From Synechocystis sp. PCC 6803 substr. PCC-P (GTDB lineage Bacteria > Cyanobacteriota > Cyanobacteriia > Cyanobacteriales > Microcystaceae), in NCBI RefSeq assembly GCF_000284455.1, contig NC_017039.1, positions 3,120,001-3,152,000 on the forward strand: a DNA stretch of 32,000 nucleotides, written 5' to 3'. Below are positions 17,844-26,802 of this stretch, in pieces (the stretch's first letter is position 1; each line of letters starts with the position of its first letter). The position numbers and the translations under genes are program-made. The notes below the pieces were generated by a model. The model worked only from the letters and a program-made list of their open reading frames with translations, was not told the origin of the DNA and did not search any database.

Positions 17844-17872
17844 CTCGCCACAATAGGTCAGGCTGGCATAGT

Positions 17873-17992
17873 CTATAGATCGCCGCCTCGGAAGGCTAGC
17901 ACAAACACCACCGCCGGCCCAGCAAGAACAATCAGGCCCAAAAAAGTCAACTGAAAAATAGGTTCTAAATTGAGTGCGGCTAATAATTCCAT
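17873..17992 (-). CDS. psb30: Photosystem II reaction centre protein Psb30 (Ycf12), 39 aa
   Basis: The 103-aa ORF 17873..18184 contains the internal ATG at 17992..17990 giving [39 protein letters not shown], which matches Psb30/Ycf12 in size and sequence. Confidence 0.92.
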
Positions 17993-18134
17993 AATTTCTC
18001 CTGTTAAAAACTGCTGGCTAGACTCAACGTAAGCAAGGATAATAAAACCAATGTCTATAATAGCTGGGTTGGTTTCGTCCCCTGGACTTGCCGTCATAAA
18101 AATACATAAAGTTATGTGAAGAAGGAGACCGGCC

Positions 18135-18506
18135 ATGGCAACTTGGTATTGCATGCAGGGATGTGGCGCTTGTTGTAATCTCACCCCAGAAGACCGGCCG
18201 GAGTTGGCCGAGTATCTCGCCCCGGAGGAGTTAACCCTCTACCACAGCCTAGTGGGGGCAGACGGTTGGTGCGTTAATTACAACCACGGCGATCGCCTCT
18301 GCCAGATTTACGAAGATAGGCCCAGTTTTTGCCGGGTGAAACCAGATAACTTTGCCCGGATGTTTGGCATTGCTCCGGCGGAGTTCGACGAATTTGCTAG
18401 CCATTGCTGTGAAGAACAGATTGAAGGAGTTTATGGCCCCCGGAGTGGGGAATTAAAAAGCTATCGCCAGGGATTACCGAAGTTTGAGGTAGATAGCCAT
18501 TTTTAA
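18135..18506 (+). CDS. YkgJ-like (UPF0153) cysteine-cluster, putative metal-chelating protein
   Basis: [16 protein letters not shown]...[30 protein letters not shown]...[15 protein letters not shown]. The CxxxCGxCC plus downstream C-x-Y-x-x-R-P-x-x-C spacing is typical of this family. Confidence 0.83.
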
Positions 18507-18540
18507 GCTATTTTTAACTGTTCTCGATGATTTCGGCTGG

Positions 18541-20703
18541 TTAAACGGGGTCTAACAACTCAAAGAAGCGGTAATGGGCCAGACCGTCCAGAATACCGGC
18601 GGCGTAACGTTTTTCGGAAAAATAAATCGGTTCGATCTCCCCTAGATTAGAAAGTTCCTCATGGTGACGGTTAGCCACGACGACGGAAAGGGTGTTACCC
18701 CGCATCATATCTTCGTCGGCTCCCGATCCTCCGGCGGTGAAAACGTGCTCCAGGGGAATATTCCACTGTTGGCTCAACCAACGCACAGCATAGCCTTTGG
18801 AAGCTCGGATGGGCAGAATATCCAAAAATTGACCAAAGGAAATGATGGTATTTACGGTTTGTTCCCCTTTATGCAACAGTTGCCGAATTTCTTCTAGGTT
18901 AGGGGCGATCGCCGCATCGTAGAAATAGCTAATTTTATAGGCGCTCAGTTCTTCCTTGGGTTGGAGGGCTAAACCGGGTAATTCCCCCAAAATACGCACA
19001 ATGGCGTTACGGTTCCACAAATAATCAATGTGATTGCGCCAACTCTGGTCGGGGATCAAATCCGGGGAAGAATAAATTTCCGTGCCCATGCTGGTGATCA
19101 ACATATCCGGTTGGGGAATGCGATACTCCCGCAAAATTTTCAGCACCGAATCCAATCTTCTCCCAGTGGCAATGCAAAAGCCGACATTTTTTCGATGTTG
19201 ATACAGCACTTCCAGTAATTCGTCCAACGTCTGGCGATCGCCCGGTAATCCCCCCTGTAATGCCCCCAGTAAATTTTGGTCCAAACTAGTAACCAGGGCA
19301 CCGTTATAGTACAAAGTCCGCCGCCGCTTTAAATCACTACGTTTCAGCACTGAAGTCTGTTGGGTCAGAGCGTTGATGGCTTCTAAATAACTTTCAACGT
19401 GGGAAGGCCAAGAATAATGGCGCTTAACTCCCTCTAGACCACTTTCAGAAAGGAATTGCCATTGTTGTTTGTCGTTTAGTACTTTGAGCAATTTATCCGC
19501 AATATCCACTTCATCGAGGGGATTAATTAGATAGCCATTCTGACAATTTTTGATAATATCCACCGGGCCCCCATCCTCCGTGGCCACAATGGGCACACCA
19601 CAGGCCGCCGCTTCAATCAAAGTTAAACCAAAGGGTTCCGTCAAAGCCGGATTGATAAATACTCCCTGGGATAAAGCAGTGAGGCGAAACAAAGCATACA
19701 CATCCTCCGCCTGATTCTGTTTGGGGTAAGCCACTTTGCCGTAGAGATCGTAACGGTCAATGGTCAACAGTAAATCCGTCAGTACTTCCCTCGGCCCCTG
19801 GTCTAGATCCGTGATGTCATCCCGATTGCCCGCCACAATGACCAAATTGGCCTGGGCCTGTAACTGCGGGGACTGGCCATAGGCTGCAATTAATTTATGG
19901 ATATTTTTGCGGGGATCCGGTCGGGACAAAGCGAGGATAATAGGCTTACGGGGATGCCGTAGAAATCGTTGCAACTCTTGAACAATGGGCGTTTCCCACT
20001 CGTTCCCTTTGGGGGGATAAAACTTTTCTAAATCAGTGCCGGGGGGAATAACCAACATCTGGTCTGGCTGGTAATAGTCGTATTGGGCGTACTGTTCTGC
20101 GATTTCCTGATGGGTACTGGTAATCACCCTCGCCGCTGATCCTAGGGTTTCTTCCTCCGCGTTAATCCGGCGGGCCATATTGTAACGGCTTTCAATTTCG
20201 TCGGCTTTAATCCCACTGAGCAGGAGACGGGTGCGCTTACTACGACCCAGGGAATGTCCGGTGTGCACCAAAGGAATACCCAATTGGTGAGAAAGTCTGG
20301 TGCCCACGTAACCCGCATCGGCGTAATGGCTATGGATGACATCGGGCAGTTCGGGCTGTTCTTTGAGATAGTCCAGGGCATGGTCAGCAAAATTATCCAA
20401 ATAGTCCCAGAGCATTTCCTTGGCAATATATTCCTCCGGGCCGCACTCAATGCGAACAATCTGGGCCCGATCGCCAATGAGTTCTCTAGGCTGGGCATAA
20501 TCTGCATCTACTTTGGGATCTTTAATTAAACGGGTCAGCAAATCCACCCTGGCCACCTGGGGATTTTTTACCAAGGCCCGGGCCAGTTCCAGCACATATT
20601 TGGTTTGCCCGCCGGTGTCGGCATCTCTGCCCAACTCAAGGTTTTCTCCCCGAATTAAACCATGGACACTAATTAGTAAAATGTATTTTGATGAATAGCT
20701 CAT
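18541..20703 (-). CDS. spsA: Sucrose-phosphate synthase with C-terminal SPP/HAD-like domain
   Basis: 720-aa ORF. Glucosyltransferase motifs include ISVHGLIRGENLELGRDADTGGQTKYVLELARAL, HTGHSLGRSKR, ALSRPDPRKNI and FINPALTEPFGLTLIEAAACGVPIVATEDGGPVDII. Confidence 0.95.
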   Translation of the reverse strand: MSYSSKYILLISVHGLIRGENLELGRDADTGGQTKYVLELARALVKNPQVARVDLLTRLIKDPKVDADYAQPRELIGDRAQIVRIECGPEEYIAKEMLWDYLDNFADHALDYLKEQPELPDVIHSHYADAGYVGTRLSHQLGIPLVHTGHSLGRSKRTRLLLSGIKADEIESRYNMARRINAEEETLGSAARVITSTHQEIAEQYAQYDYYQPDQMLVIPPGTDLEKFYPPKGNEWETPIVQELQRFLRHPRKPIILALSRPDPRKNIHKLIAAYGQSPQLQAQANLVIVAGNRDDITDLDQGPREVLTDLLLTIDRYDLYGKVAYPKQNQAEDVYALFRLTALSQGVFINPALTEPFGLTLIEAAACGVPIVATEDGGPVDIIKNCQNGYLINPLDEVDIADKLLKVLNDKQQWQFLSESGLEGVKRHYSWPSHVESYLEAINALTQQTSVLKRSDLKRRRTLYYNGALVTSLDQNLLGALQGGLPGDRQTLDELLEVLYQHRKNVGFCIATGRRLDSVLKILREYRIPQPDMLITSMGTEIYSSPDLIPDQSWRNHIDYLWNRNAIVRILGELPGLALQPKEELSAYKISYFYDAAIAPNLEEIRQLLHKGEQTVNTIISFGQFLDILPIRASKGYAVRWLSQQWNIPLEHVFTAGGSGADEDMMRGNTLSVVVANRHHEELSNLGEIEPIYFSEKRYAAGILDGLAHYRFFELLDPV

Positions 20704-20784
20704 AAGTTTTACAAATTACTATAATTGCTGTTGAGGAATGTCACAGGGTACCATGGCGACGATTTTAACGCCTGCAATTAATCA

Positions 20785-21399
20785 ATGTTTTCTCCCAGTT
20801 CTGTTAGAATGCCCCCAATCTTCGTCCCAAATGTTCCGATGACCTATGTTAACTGGCAGGCCCTGGCCGCAATCTCTGAGTTACAGCCCTATTTTGCCGA
20901 AGATGTTGCTGGCTTTCAGCAACAAATTGAACAACATTTGCCCGGATTAGCGGCGATCGCCCCTGAAGAATTAGACAACTTAGCAGTTTTGCGGGTACTG
21001 GAAGTCTCTAATGGCTGTTTGCAGTGGGCTTTCCGTCGCCAAGACGAACATTGTTTATCGGTGGAACAAACCAGGGAATGTATGCAAACGGTAATTGGTT
21101 TTATTAAAGTTAAAAAAATTGCCTGTCCCAGTGGCAAAATTATTGCTTTCACCCCGGCGATCGAACAATTAATCGAGCAGACAACCCAGCTTTATCGCCA
21201 AGCTTTCAAACAAAATAATCAAACTGCCAAACAAGAATATTACGCCTATTCCACCGCCCAATTCATTGCCTATGGCGGCGATCGCCTCAACCAAGCCCAA
21301 GATCTAGTGGAACAAGAATTCAGTCCTCTACTTACACCCCATTTTGTCCTGCGGGGGAAAAATTATATTGCGCCCTACCTACAAGCCATTACCCCCTAG
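20785..21399 (+). CDS. Hypothetical protein, divergent from spsA (an internal start at 20839 is also plausible)
   Basis: 204-aa ORF MFSPSSVRMPPIFVPNVPMTYVNWQALAAISELQPYF... in an 820-bp strand-clear gap with no competing gene. No family recognised. Confidence 0.7.
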   Translation: MFSPSSVRMPPIFVPNVPMTYVNWQALAAISELQPYFAEDVAGFQQQIEQHLPGLAAIAPEELDNLAVLRVLEVSNGCLQWAFRRQDEHCLSVEQTRECMQTVIGFIKVKKIACPSGKIIAFTPAIEQLIEQTTQLYRQAFKQNNQTAKQEYYAYSTAQFIAYGGDRLNQAQDLVEQEFSPLLTPHFVLRGKNYIAPYLQAITP

Positions 21400-21523
21400 G
21401 TAGTTCTCCAGTGTGCACAAGCTTCACCGTGGAGTGAGTATTGCCGGTTCCCAGGCTTACAACCCATTATTTTGAAACAGATTCAGGGTATTCCTCAACT
21501 TCCTTGGCGATCGCTGTCCCAAT

Positions 21524-22009
21524 TCACAGCAGAAGATCGGGGTCGAGCAAAAACACCGTCAACTTTTCCGACTTTTCTTCCACCACCATCACATGGCTGG
21601 CCGATTGGAGAGTGTCATTTTGGCGATAAGAATCGGGCAATTGACGAATTTGTCGGGGCAACACATCCAGCAACGTGGGGGCATTATTAACCAAGAGACA
21701 AAATTCTTCCCCACTCCGATTTTTAGTCAAAATGAAATACTGTTTCGTTGACGTCGTCGGGGGCTGGGGCACCCCAAAAAAGCGGCGATATAGGTCCACC
21801 ATGGTGACAGAACGATTTTCTAAGTTCACCAATCCGGTGGCTGACAGACCACTGCCATGGGCAGGGCCATGGGGCAAAATTTTTACCACTAGGGCAATGG
21901 GTAGGGCCAAGTTAAGTTTTCCCACAGCAAAAAGGAGAAACTTTTCCGGTCGAACCGAGGGCTGACCGACCTGAACAGAGGCATCAACAGAGGAAGAATG
22001 AAGCGCCAT
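21524..22009 (-). CDS. CheW-like domain protein at the 3' end of the pix cluster
   Basis: 161 aa: EKFLLFAVGKLNLALPIALVVKILPHG...GLSATGLVNLENRSVTMVDLYRRFFGVPQP...KQYFILTKNRSGEEFCLLVNNAPTLLDVLPRQIRQLPDSYR...ASHVMVVEEKSEKLTVFLLDPDLLL, consistent with a divergent CheW fold. It starts 31 nt after the pixL stop. Confidence 0.78.
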   Translation of the reverse strand: MALHSSSVDASVQVGQPSVRPEKFLLFAVGKLNLALPIALVVKILPHGPAHGSGLSATGLVNLENRSVTMVDLYRRFFGVPQPPTTSTKQYFILTKNRSGEEFCLLVNNAPTLLDVLPRQIRQLPDSYRQNDTLQSASHVMVVEEKSEKLTVFLLDPDLLL

Positions 22010-22040
22010 ATTGGGGAAAAAGGAAAATGATAACTGTTAA

Positions 22041-25000
22041 TTAACTGCTGACCGATAACAGGCCAGTGGCCAGAAGCTCTTGCACTGCTCCGAGGAACTG
22101 TTGCTCAATATAGGGCTTGGTGAAATAGGCGTTGGCCCCCAAGGTCTTGGCTAACTGTCGGTGTTTTTCACTGCCCCGGGAAGTGAGCATGGCCACGGGA
22201 ATTTTGAGTAGATCTGGATTGCGTCGCCGTTGCCCAAGGAACTCAAAGCCATTAAGGTTAGGCATTTCCACATCACAAATAATCAAATCCACCTCCCCGG
22301 CTTGGGCCAGTGTCTTCAGGGCCTCCTGCCCATCCTTAGCCTGCATCACCCGGTAACCAGACCTTTCCAGGGTGAAAGCCAGGGTACGCCGTAGGGCCGC
22401 CGAATCATCCACCACCAAAATCGTTTTGGCCCTCCGCCCTGGAGTGGGAAGAGGTTCCACCCCTCCATCGGCCATGGCCAAATTGTCTGTTCCCTTTTGC
22501 CAGTGCCATTCCAACAGCAACGCCCCATTCACCACCGGGATCAGGGTGCCATCTGCCAGGATAGTAGCCCCATAAAGGTAGGAAGGGGCCGGTAGCAGAG
22601 ACGAAAAGGGTTTAATTACCAATTCCTGTTCCGTCACCAAACGGTTCACTTCCAGAGCGTAATATTGCTGACCGAGCCGCAGTAGCACCAGGGGTAAATG
22701 CCAATTATCTGGTTGGGGTACCGTGGTCAACAACTTACTAGTTTGTTGCTCCGACAAAGGACAGTGATAGGGCAGTAATTGGGTCAAGGAATAAATCGGG
22801 ATAGTCAACTCTTGCCAATGGAGAAAGCGTTGTCCCCCACTGGTTTTGATCTGTGTCGCCGTCGGTACCATCAACTCCGCGACACTATCAGAAGGAATGG
22901 CGATCGCCGTTGGAGCCCCCTGGTTTTGCCCCACCAAACACACCAGCAACTTAGCAATGGTGAGGGTCAGGGGTAACCGCAAGGAAAACACCGTCCCCCG
23001 CCCAGGGCGAGAAGACACCACAATGGTTCCCTTCAGCGCCTGCAACTGTTGCCGCACCACATCCAGCCCCACACCCCGGCCCGACAGCTCGCTCACCTGG
23101 TCCGCCGTAGAAAAGTTGGGCTCAAAAATCAAATTATCAATCTGCTCCGTTGTTAACCGTTGCCCCTGCTCCTCAGTAACCAGACCCCGTTCCACCGCCC
23201 GCCGCAGAATCTTTTCCCGGTTCAGCCCGCCTCCATCATCCCGCATTTCAATGATGGTCTGATTGCCTTGGTGATAGGCATGGACCTCAATGGTCCCCAT
23301 GGCCGGTTTCCCCATGGCCAACCGGGTCCCCTCATCCTCAATACCATGGTCAAATGCATTACGGAGTAGATGGAGCAAGGGGTCATACAGTTTTTCCAAC
23401 GCCAAACGATCCACCAACACCCCCGTGCCATGGAGCTTAATCTGCACCGGCTTATTAAACTTACTAGCCATATCCCTGAGCAGCCGGGGAAAACGTTGCA
23501 AAATTTCCCCCAGGGGCAACATCCGGGCCCACATCAGCTCATCCCGCAGGGAAAATAGCATCTGCTTTTGGGCATCCACTGTTTGATTGGCCGCCCTGGA
23601 AAATAGCACCACATCATCCACGGCCTCCTCCAACTGCATCATTTCTTCCAAAATTTCCTGCAACTGGGCCGATAGGGTGCCATAGGAATCCATTTCCAGG
23701 GCATCGAAGTTATGCTCTAGCCATCCCTGGGACCTTGGCTGGGCCCGCAACATCGCTTCCCCCTCCGGCCGGATTGCCAACTGGTCCGCCAACTGCCTCA
23801 GTTTCAGCGCCATGGTCTGGAAGGTGCCAAAACGTTGCCCCAGGGCTCCCACAGCCGTTTGCAATTGCTGATTTTGTAAAGACAGGCTATTGCGATTAAT
23901 GGCCAATTCCCCCACCCAATTATTCATCCGCTCCAACCGTTGAAAATCCACCCGGATGGAAAGATTAGCTGGATTTTGCTCCCTGGGCATGGCCCGCCGT
24001 TCATGGGTGCGTTCCACGGGAGGAGCCGGAGCTGCCACTGCCTCTACTTCAGCCTGGGGAATGGTCGCTGGGGTCGTTGCTAAGGGGGGCAAGGAATCAA
24101 AGGCTTCCTCTACCGCCTGCACCAGAGATAACGTTTCTAGGGAAGCATCGACAAAATCCACCTCAGCCACGGGAGAAAGGGATTCTTTCCCCAGTTCATC
24201 GGCGGTCAACCCGCCAAAAACATCCTCCAGGGAAGGAGGCGATTCCACCGTTTCAGCCTCTACGGTGGTTTGTTCTAGGATTGGGGACACTTGCTGCTCG
24301 GGCTGAGATTGCCATGACCCAGTCATTGGTGTAGTGGGGGGAGAAGGTTCTTCCTCTAGCTCATCTTCGTCATCACCAAAAAATAGATCCCCCAGGACTC
24401 GAGCCGGAGCCGAAGTTGGTTGGGGCCGGGATTCTGCCGGAGCAGCAAGCCTTTGACCCAGGGCCAAAAGTTCGGTACTTGCTTCCCCTCCCCGTTGGCG
24501 ATCGCCATTTTCCAACACTTGCTGAGTAGCAACTTGCCAGTCTGCCAAAGCCTGATTAGCAATAGTAGAGACTTGTTCTGGGTTGGCTTCCAGGGCCTGA
24601 TGCACCGCCGCACAAATCCCCTGGAACCCTGGCAAATTCAAAATTTCCGCTAGCCCCAGGAAAATTTCCGTTTGACTGGTCAGGGCTTCCCGCAGGGCTT
24701 CCGGGCCCCGTTGCCGAGCTTCTGTCACCGCCGCCATGCCCCCGGCAATGTCCACCTCGAATATGGACGCCACCACATCTACCCCCAAATCAGCAGAGCT
24801 GGGTAGAAACTGTTCCCCCGCTGCCAGATGGACTCCCAACCGTTGCTCTAGATTTAGGATCGGCCCCTGGGCGCTCTGCCAGGCCGTTTCTGGATCATAG
24901 TACCCCTGGTCGATTTGTTGCTCCAAGGGGTTCCGCAGACAGTCAAACCCTTGCAATAACAGGGTTTCCATCGTTTGGTCTAGGACTACCTCTTCGCTAT

Positions 25001-26249
25001 AGAGCGCCTTGAAAATGTCCTCTAGTCGGTGGGCAATATGTTTAATTGTTTCCAACCCCACACTGGCCGCTCCCCCCTTGAGGGAATGGGCCGCCCGCAT
25101 AATGCCATGGACCACCGCCGCTGAGCGGTCTTGACCAATGGTCAACAACCCCGTTTCGATTTCTTGTAGCAGTGTTGGCGCTTCTTCAATGAAAAATCGA
25201 TAGGCCGGTTCTTCTAGATTCACCCGTTCTGGCCCCAGGCTGGGCTGGCGATCGCTAGCGGGAATGTCCCCTTCCCCTGGCTGGAATGTCATCTCCGTCG
25301 GTGTTTCCTCCCATGCCGCAAAGACATTTTCCTCCGCTGTGCTAATGGCCGTAGGAATGTCCCCCAGCTCCGGAAAGTCCATACCCCAAAATTCTTCCCC
25401 CACTTCCCCACCGCCAAACACTTCCTCCAACCCCGCTATGGCGGCTAAATCCCGTTCCCCTTGCCCCCGCACCAATGCCAACAGCGCTTCACTCGGTTCT
25501 CCTCCCCGTTGGCGATCGCCTTTTTCCAGCACCTGGCCACAGCTATGTTGCCAATTTTCCACCGCCACTAATGCTAATTCCCCGACAGATAACCCAGGAT
25601 TATCCAAGCCCTGCGCCACCAGATCTGTAATTTCCTTAAATCCAGGCAAATTGAGAATCTCCGCCAGCCCGGCAAAAATTTCCGTCTGGGCCGCCAGGGT
25701 TCCCCGCAACCTTTCTTCGTCATCCCCAGCCAACGCCTCGCCAATCTCTGCCAACCCTTGGGCAACGTCCACCTCAAACAGGGATGCCACAATGTCCACC
25801 CCCAAGTCAGCAGAGCTGGGCAGAAACTGTTCCCCCGCCGCCAGATGTTCCCCCAACTGCTCCTCAATGGCCGCAATCACCGGCAACCCCTGCACCAAAA
25901 CTTCAGTATGCTCCAACTGCCCCGTTTCAATCTGGGTGGTGAGGGCTTGTTTAAGATAATCGAACCCTTCCAAGAGCATTCCTTCCAACCTGTCATCCAC
26001 CACCACCGCATCGCTATAGAGCGCCTTGAAAATGTCCTCCAGCCGGTGAGCTAATTCTTCAATGGCCGGTAGTTGCACACTGGCCGCCCCGCCCTTAATG
26101 GAATGGGCCGCCCGCATAATGCCATGGATCTGGGCTGGTGTCCTCTCTCCCCGCAACTCCAACAGCCCCATTTCAATCACACTGAGCAATTCCGGTGCTT
26201 CTTCAATGAAAAACTGGTAGGCGTGGTCACGAATGTCGGAGTTGAGCAT
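22041..26249 (-). CDS. pixL: Hybrid CheA-type histidine kinase for phototaxis (PixL), with two N-terminal HPt modules, a CheA kinase core, a CheW-like domain and a C-terminal receiver
   Basis: 1402-aa ORF with HPt motifs RAAHSIKGGAASV and RAAHSLKGGAASV, CheA core LRNAFDHGIEDEGTRLAMGKPAMGTIEVHAYHQGNQTIIEMRDDGGGLNREKI and GRGVGLDVVRQQLQALKGTIVVSSRPGRGTVFSLRLPLTL, and receiver KTILVVDDSAALRRTLAFTLERSGY...LIICDVEMPNLNGFEFL...AMLTSR...KP. Confidence 0.95.
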   Translation of the reverse strand: MLNSDIRDHAYQFFIEEAPELLSVIEMGLLELRGERTPAQIHGIMRAAHSIKGGAASVQLPAIEELAHRLEDIFKALYSDAVVVDDRLEGMLLEGFDYLKQALTTQIETGQLEHTEVLVQGLPVIAAIEEQLGEHLAAGEQFLPSSADLGVDIVASLFEVDVAQGLAEIGEALAGDDEERLRGTLAAQTEIFAGLAEILNLPGFKEITDLVAQGLDNPGLSVGELALVAVENWQHSCGQVLEKGDRQRGGEPSEALLALVRGQGERDLAAIAGLEEVFGGGEVGEEFWGMDFPELGDIPTAISTAEENVFAAWEETPTEMTFQPGEGDIPASDRQPSLGPERVNLEEPAYRFFIEEAPTLLQEIETGLLTIGQDRSAAVVHGIMRAAHSLKGGAASVGLETIKHIAHRLEDIFKALYSEEVVLDQTMETLLLQGFDCLRNPLEQQIDQGYYDPETAWQSAQGPILNLEQRLGVHLAAGEQFLPSSADLGVDVVASIFEVDIAGGMAAVTEARQRGPEALREALTSQTEIFLGLAEILNLPGFQGICAAVHQALEANPEQVSTIANQALADWQVATQQVLENGDRQRGGEASTELLALGQRLAAPAESRPQPTSAPARVLGDLFFGDDEDELEEEPSPPTTPMTGSWQSQPEQQVSPILEQTTVEAETVESPPSLEDVFGGLTADELGKESLSPVAEVDFVDASLETLSLVQAVEEAFDSLPPLATTPATIPQAEVEAVAAPAPPVERTHERRAMPREQNPANLSIRVDFQRLERMNNWVGELAINRNSLSLQNQQLQTAVGALGQRFGTFQTMALKLRQLADQLAIRPEGEAMLRAQPRSQGWLEHNFDALEMDSYGTLSAQLQEILEEMMQLEEAVDDVVLFSRAANQTVDAQKQMLFSLRDELMWARMLPLGEILQRFPRLLRDMASKFNKPVQIKLHGTGVLVDRLALEKLYDPLLHLLRNAFDHGIEDEGTRLAMGKPAMGTIEVHAYHQGNQTIIEMRDDGGGLNREKILRRAVERGLVTEEQGQRLTTEQIDNLIFEPNFSTADQVSELSGRGVGLDVVRQQLQALKGTIVVSSRPGRGTVFSLRLPLTLTIAKLLVCLVGQNQGAPTAIAIPSDSVAELMVPTATQIKTSGGQRFLHWQELTIPIYSLTQLLPYHCPLSEQQTSKLLTTVPQPDNWHLPLVLLRLGQQYYALEVNRLVTEQELVIKPFSSLLPAPSYLYGATILADGTLIPVVNGALLLEWHWQKGTDNLAMADGGVEPLPTPGRRAKTILVVDDSAALRRTLAFTLERSGYRVMQAKDGQEALKTLAQAGEVDLIICDVEMPNLNGFEFLGQRRRNPDLLKIPVAMLTSRGSEKHRQLAKTLGANAYFTKPYIEQQFLGAVQELLATGLLSVSS

Positions 26250-26265
26250 GGGGGCAAAGGGGAAA

Positions 26266-26757
26266 TTAAGGGTTAGATAGGAGGGTTTCAGCTAGTTGGT
26301 GCCAATATTGCTGGTTTGTTTCCAATTGTTGGTGATGGCCATTCAGTTGCTGGTTGCTTTCCCTGATACTGCCGGTCAATTCCCTCGCCTGGGACTGGAT
26401 CGTCACAATTAAAGCCTCCATGGCCGCCGTTGCTTCCGCCGATTGGGCCGCTAAACTCCGCACTTCGTCTGCAATTACCGAAAAGCCCCGGCCCTCCTCC
26501 CCAGCCCGGGCCGCTTCAATGGACGCCTTCAGGGCCAACAGATGGGTCTGGGCCGCAAATTGTCGAATCAAATTAATTGCTTTGGCAATTTCCTGGGTGG
26601 AACTATCCAACTTTTCCAGTTGTTCCCCCGTGGTGGCCATGGTAGCCCTCACACTACGCATGGTTTGCAGACTCTCCGCTTGTCCCTGGCTAATTTGCCC
26701 AGACAGCATGGCCGTCTGGTCCTTGGGGGGTTGGTATTCGCTTGCAATGGTGGACAT
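26266..26757 (-). CDS. Stand-alone fragment of an MCP signalling domain (no sensor or TM region)
   Basis: 163 aa containing [61 protein letters not shown], the MCP hairpin-tip signature. It lies between pixJ and pixL. Confidence 0.88.
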   Translation of the reverse strand: MSTIASEYQPPKDQTAMLSGQISQGQAESLQTMRSVRATMATTGEQLEKLDSSTQEIAKAINLIRQFAAQTHLLALKASIEAARAGEEGRGFSVIADEVRSLAAQSAEATAAMEALIVTIQSQARELTGSIRESNQQLNGHHQQLETNQQYWHQLAETLLSNP

Positions 26758-26802
26758 ATTGATTGAATGTCGGTTATGGGTTTAGTTATACATTTGGTCA
26801 GA

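Noticed and set aside
25264-25959. 231-aa plus-strand ORF
   Set aside because: Antisense to pixL, repetitive Ser/Pro/Ala/Asn composition, no family resemblance.
24450-26225. Possible assembly duplication or DNA-level repeat inside pixL
   Set aside because: The two modules are diverged in protein sequence with small indels, so they represent an old intragenic duplication and not a duplicated read or assembly error.
26354-26785. 143-aa plus-strand ORF
   Set aside because: Antisense to the orphan MCP-domain gene whose protein is clearly homologous to MCPs.
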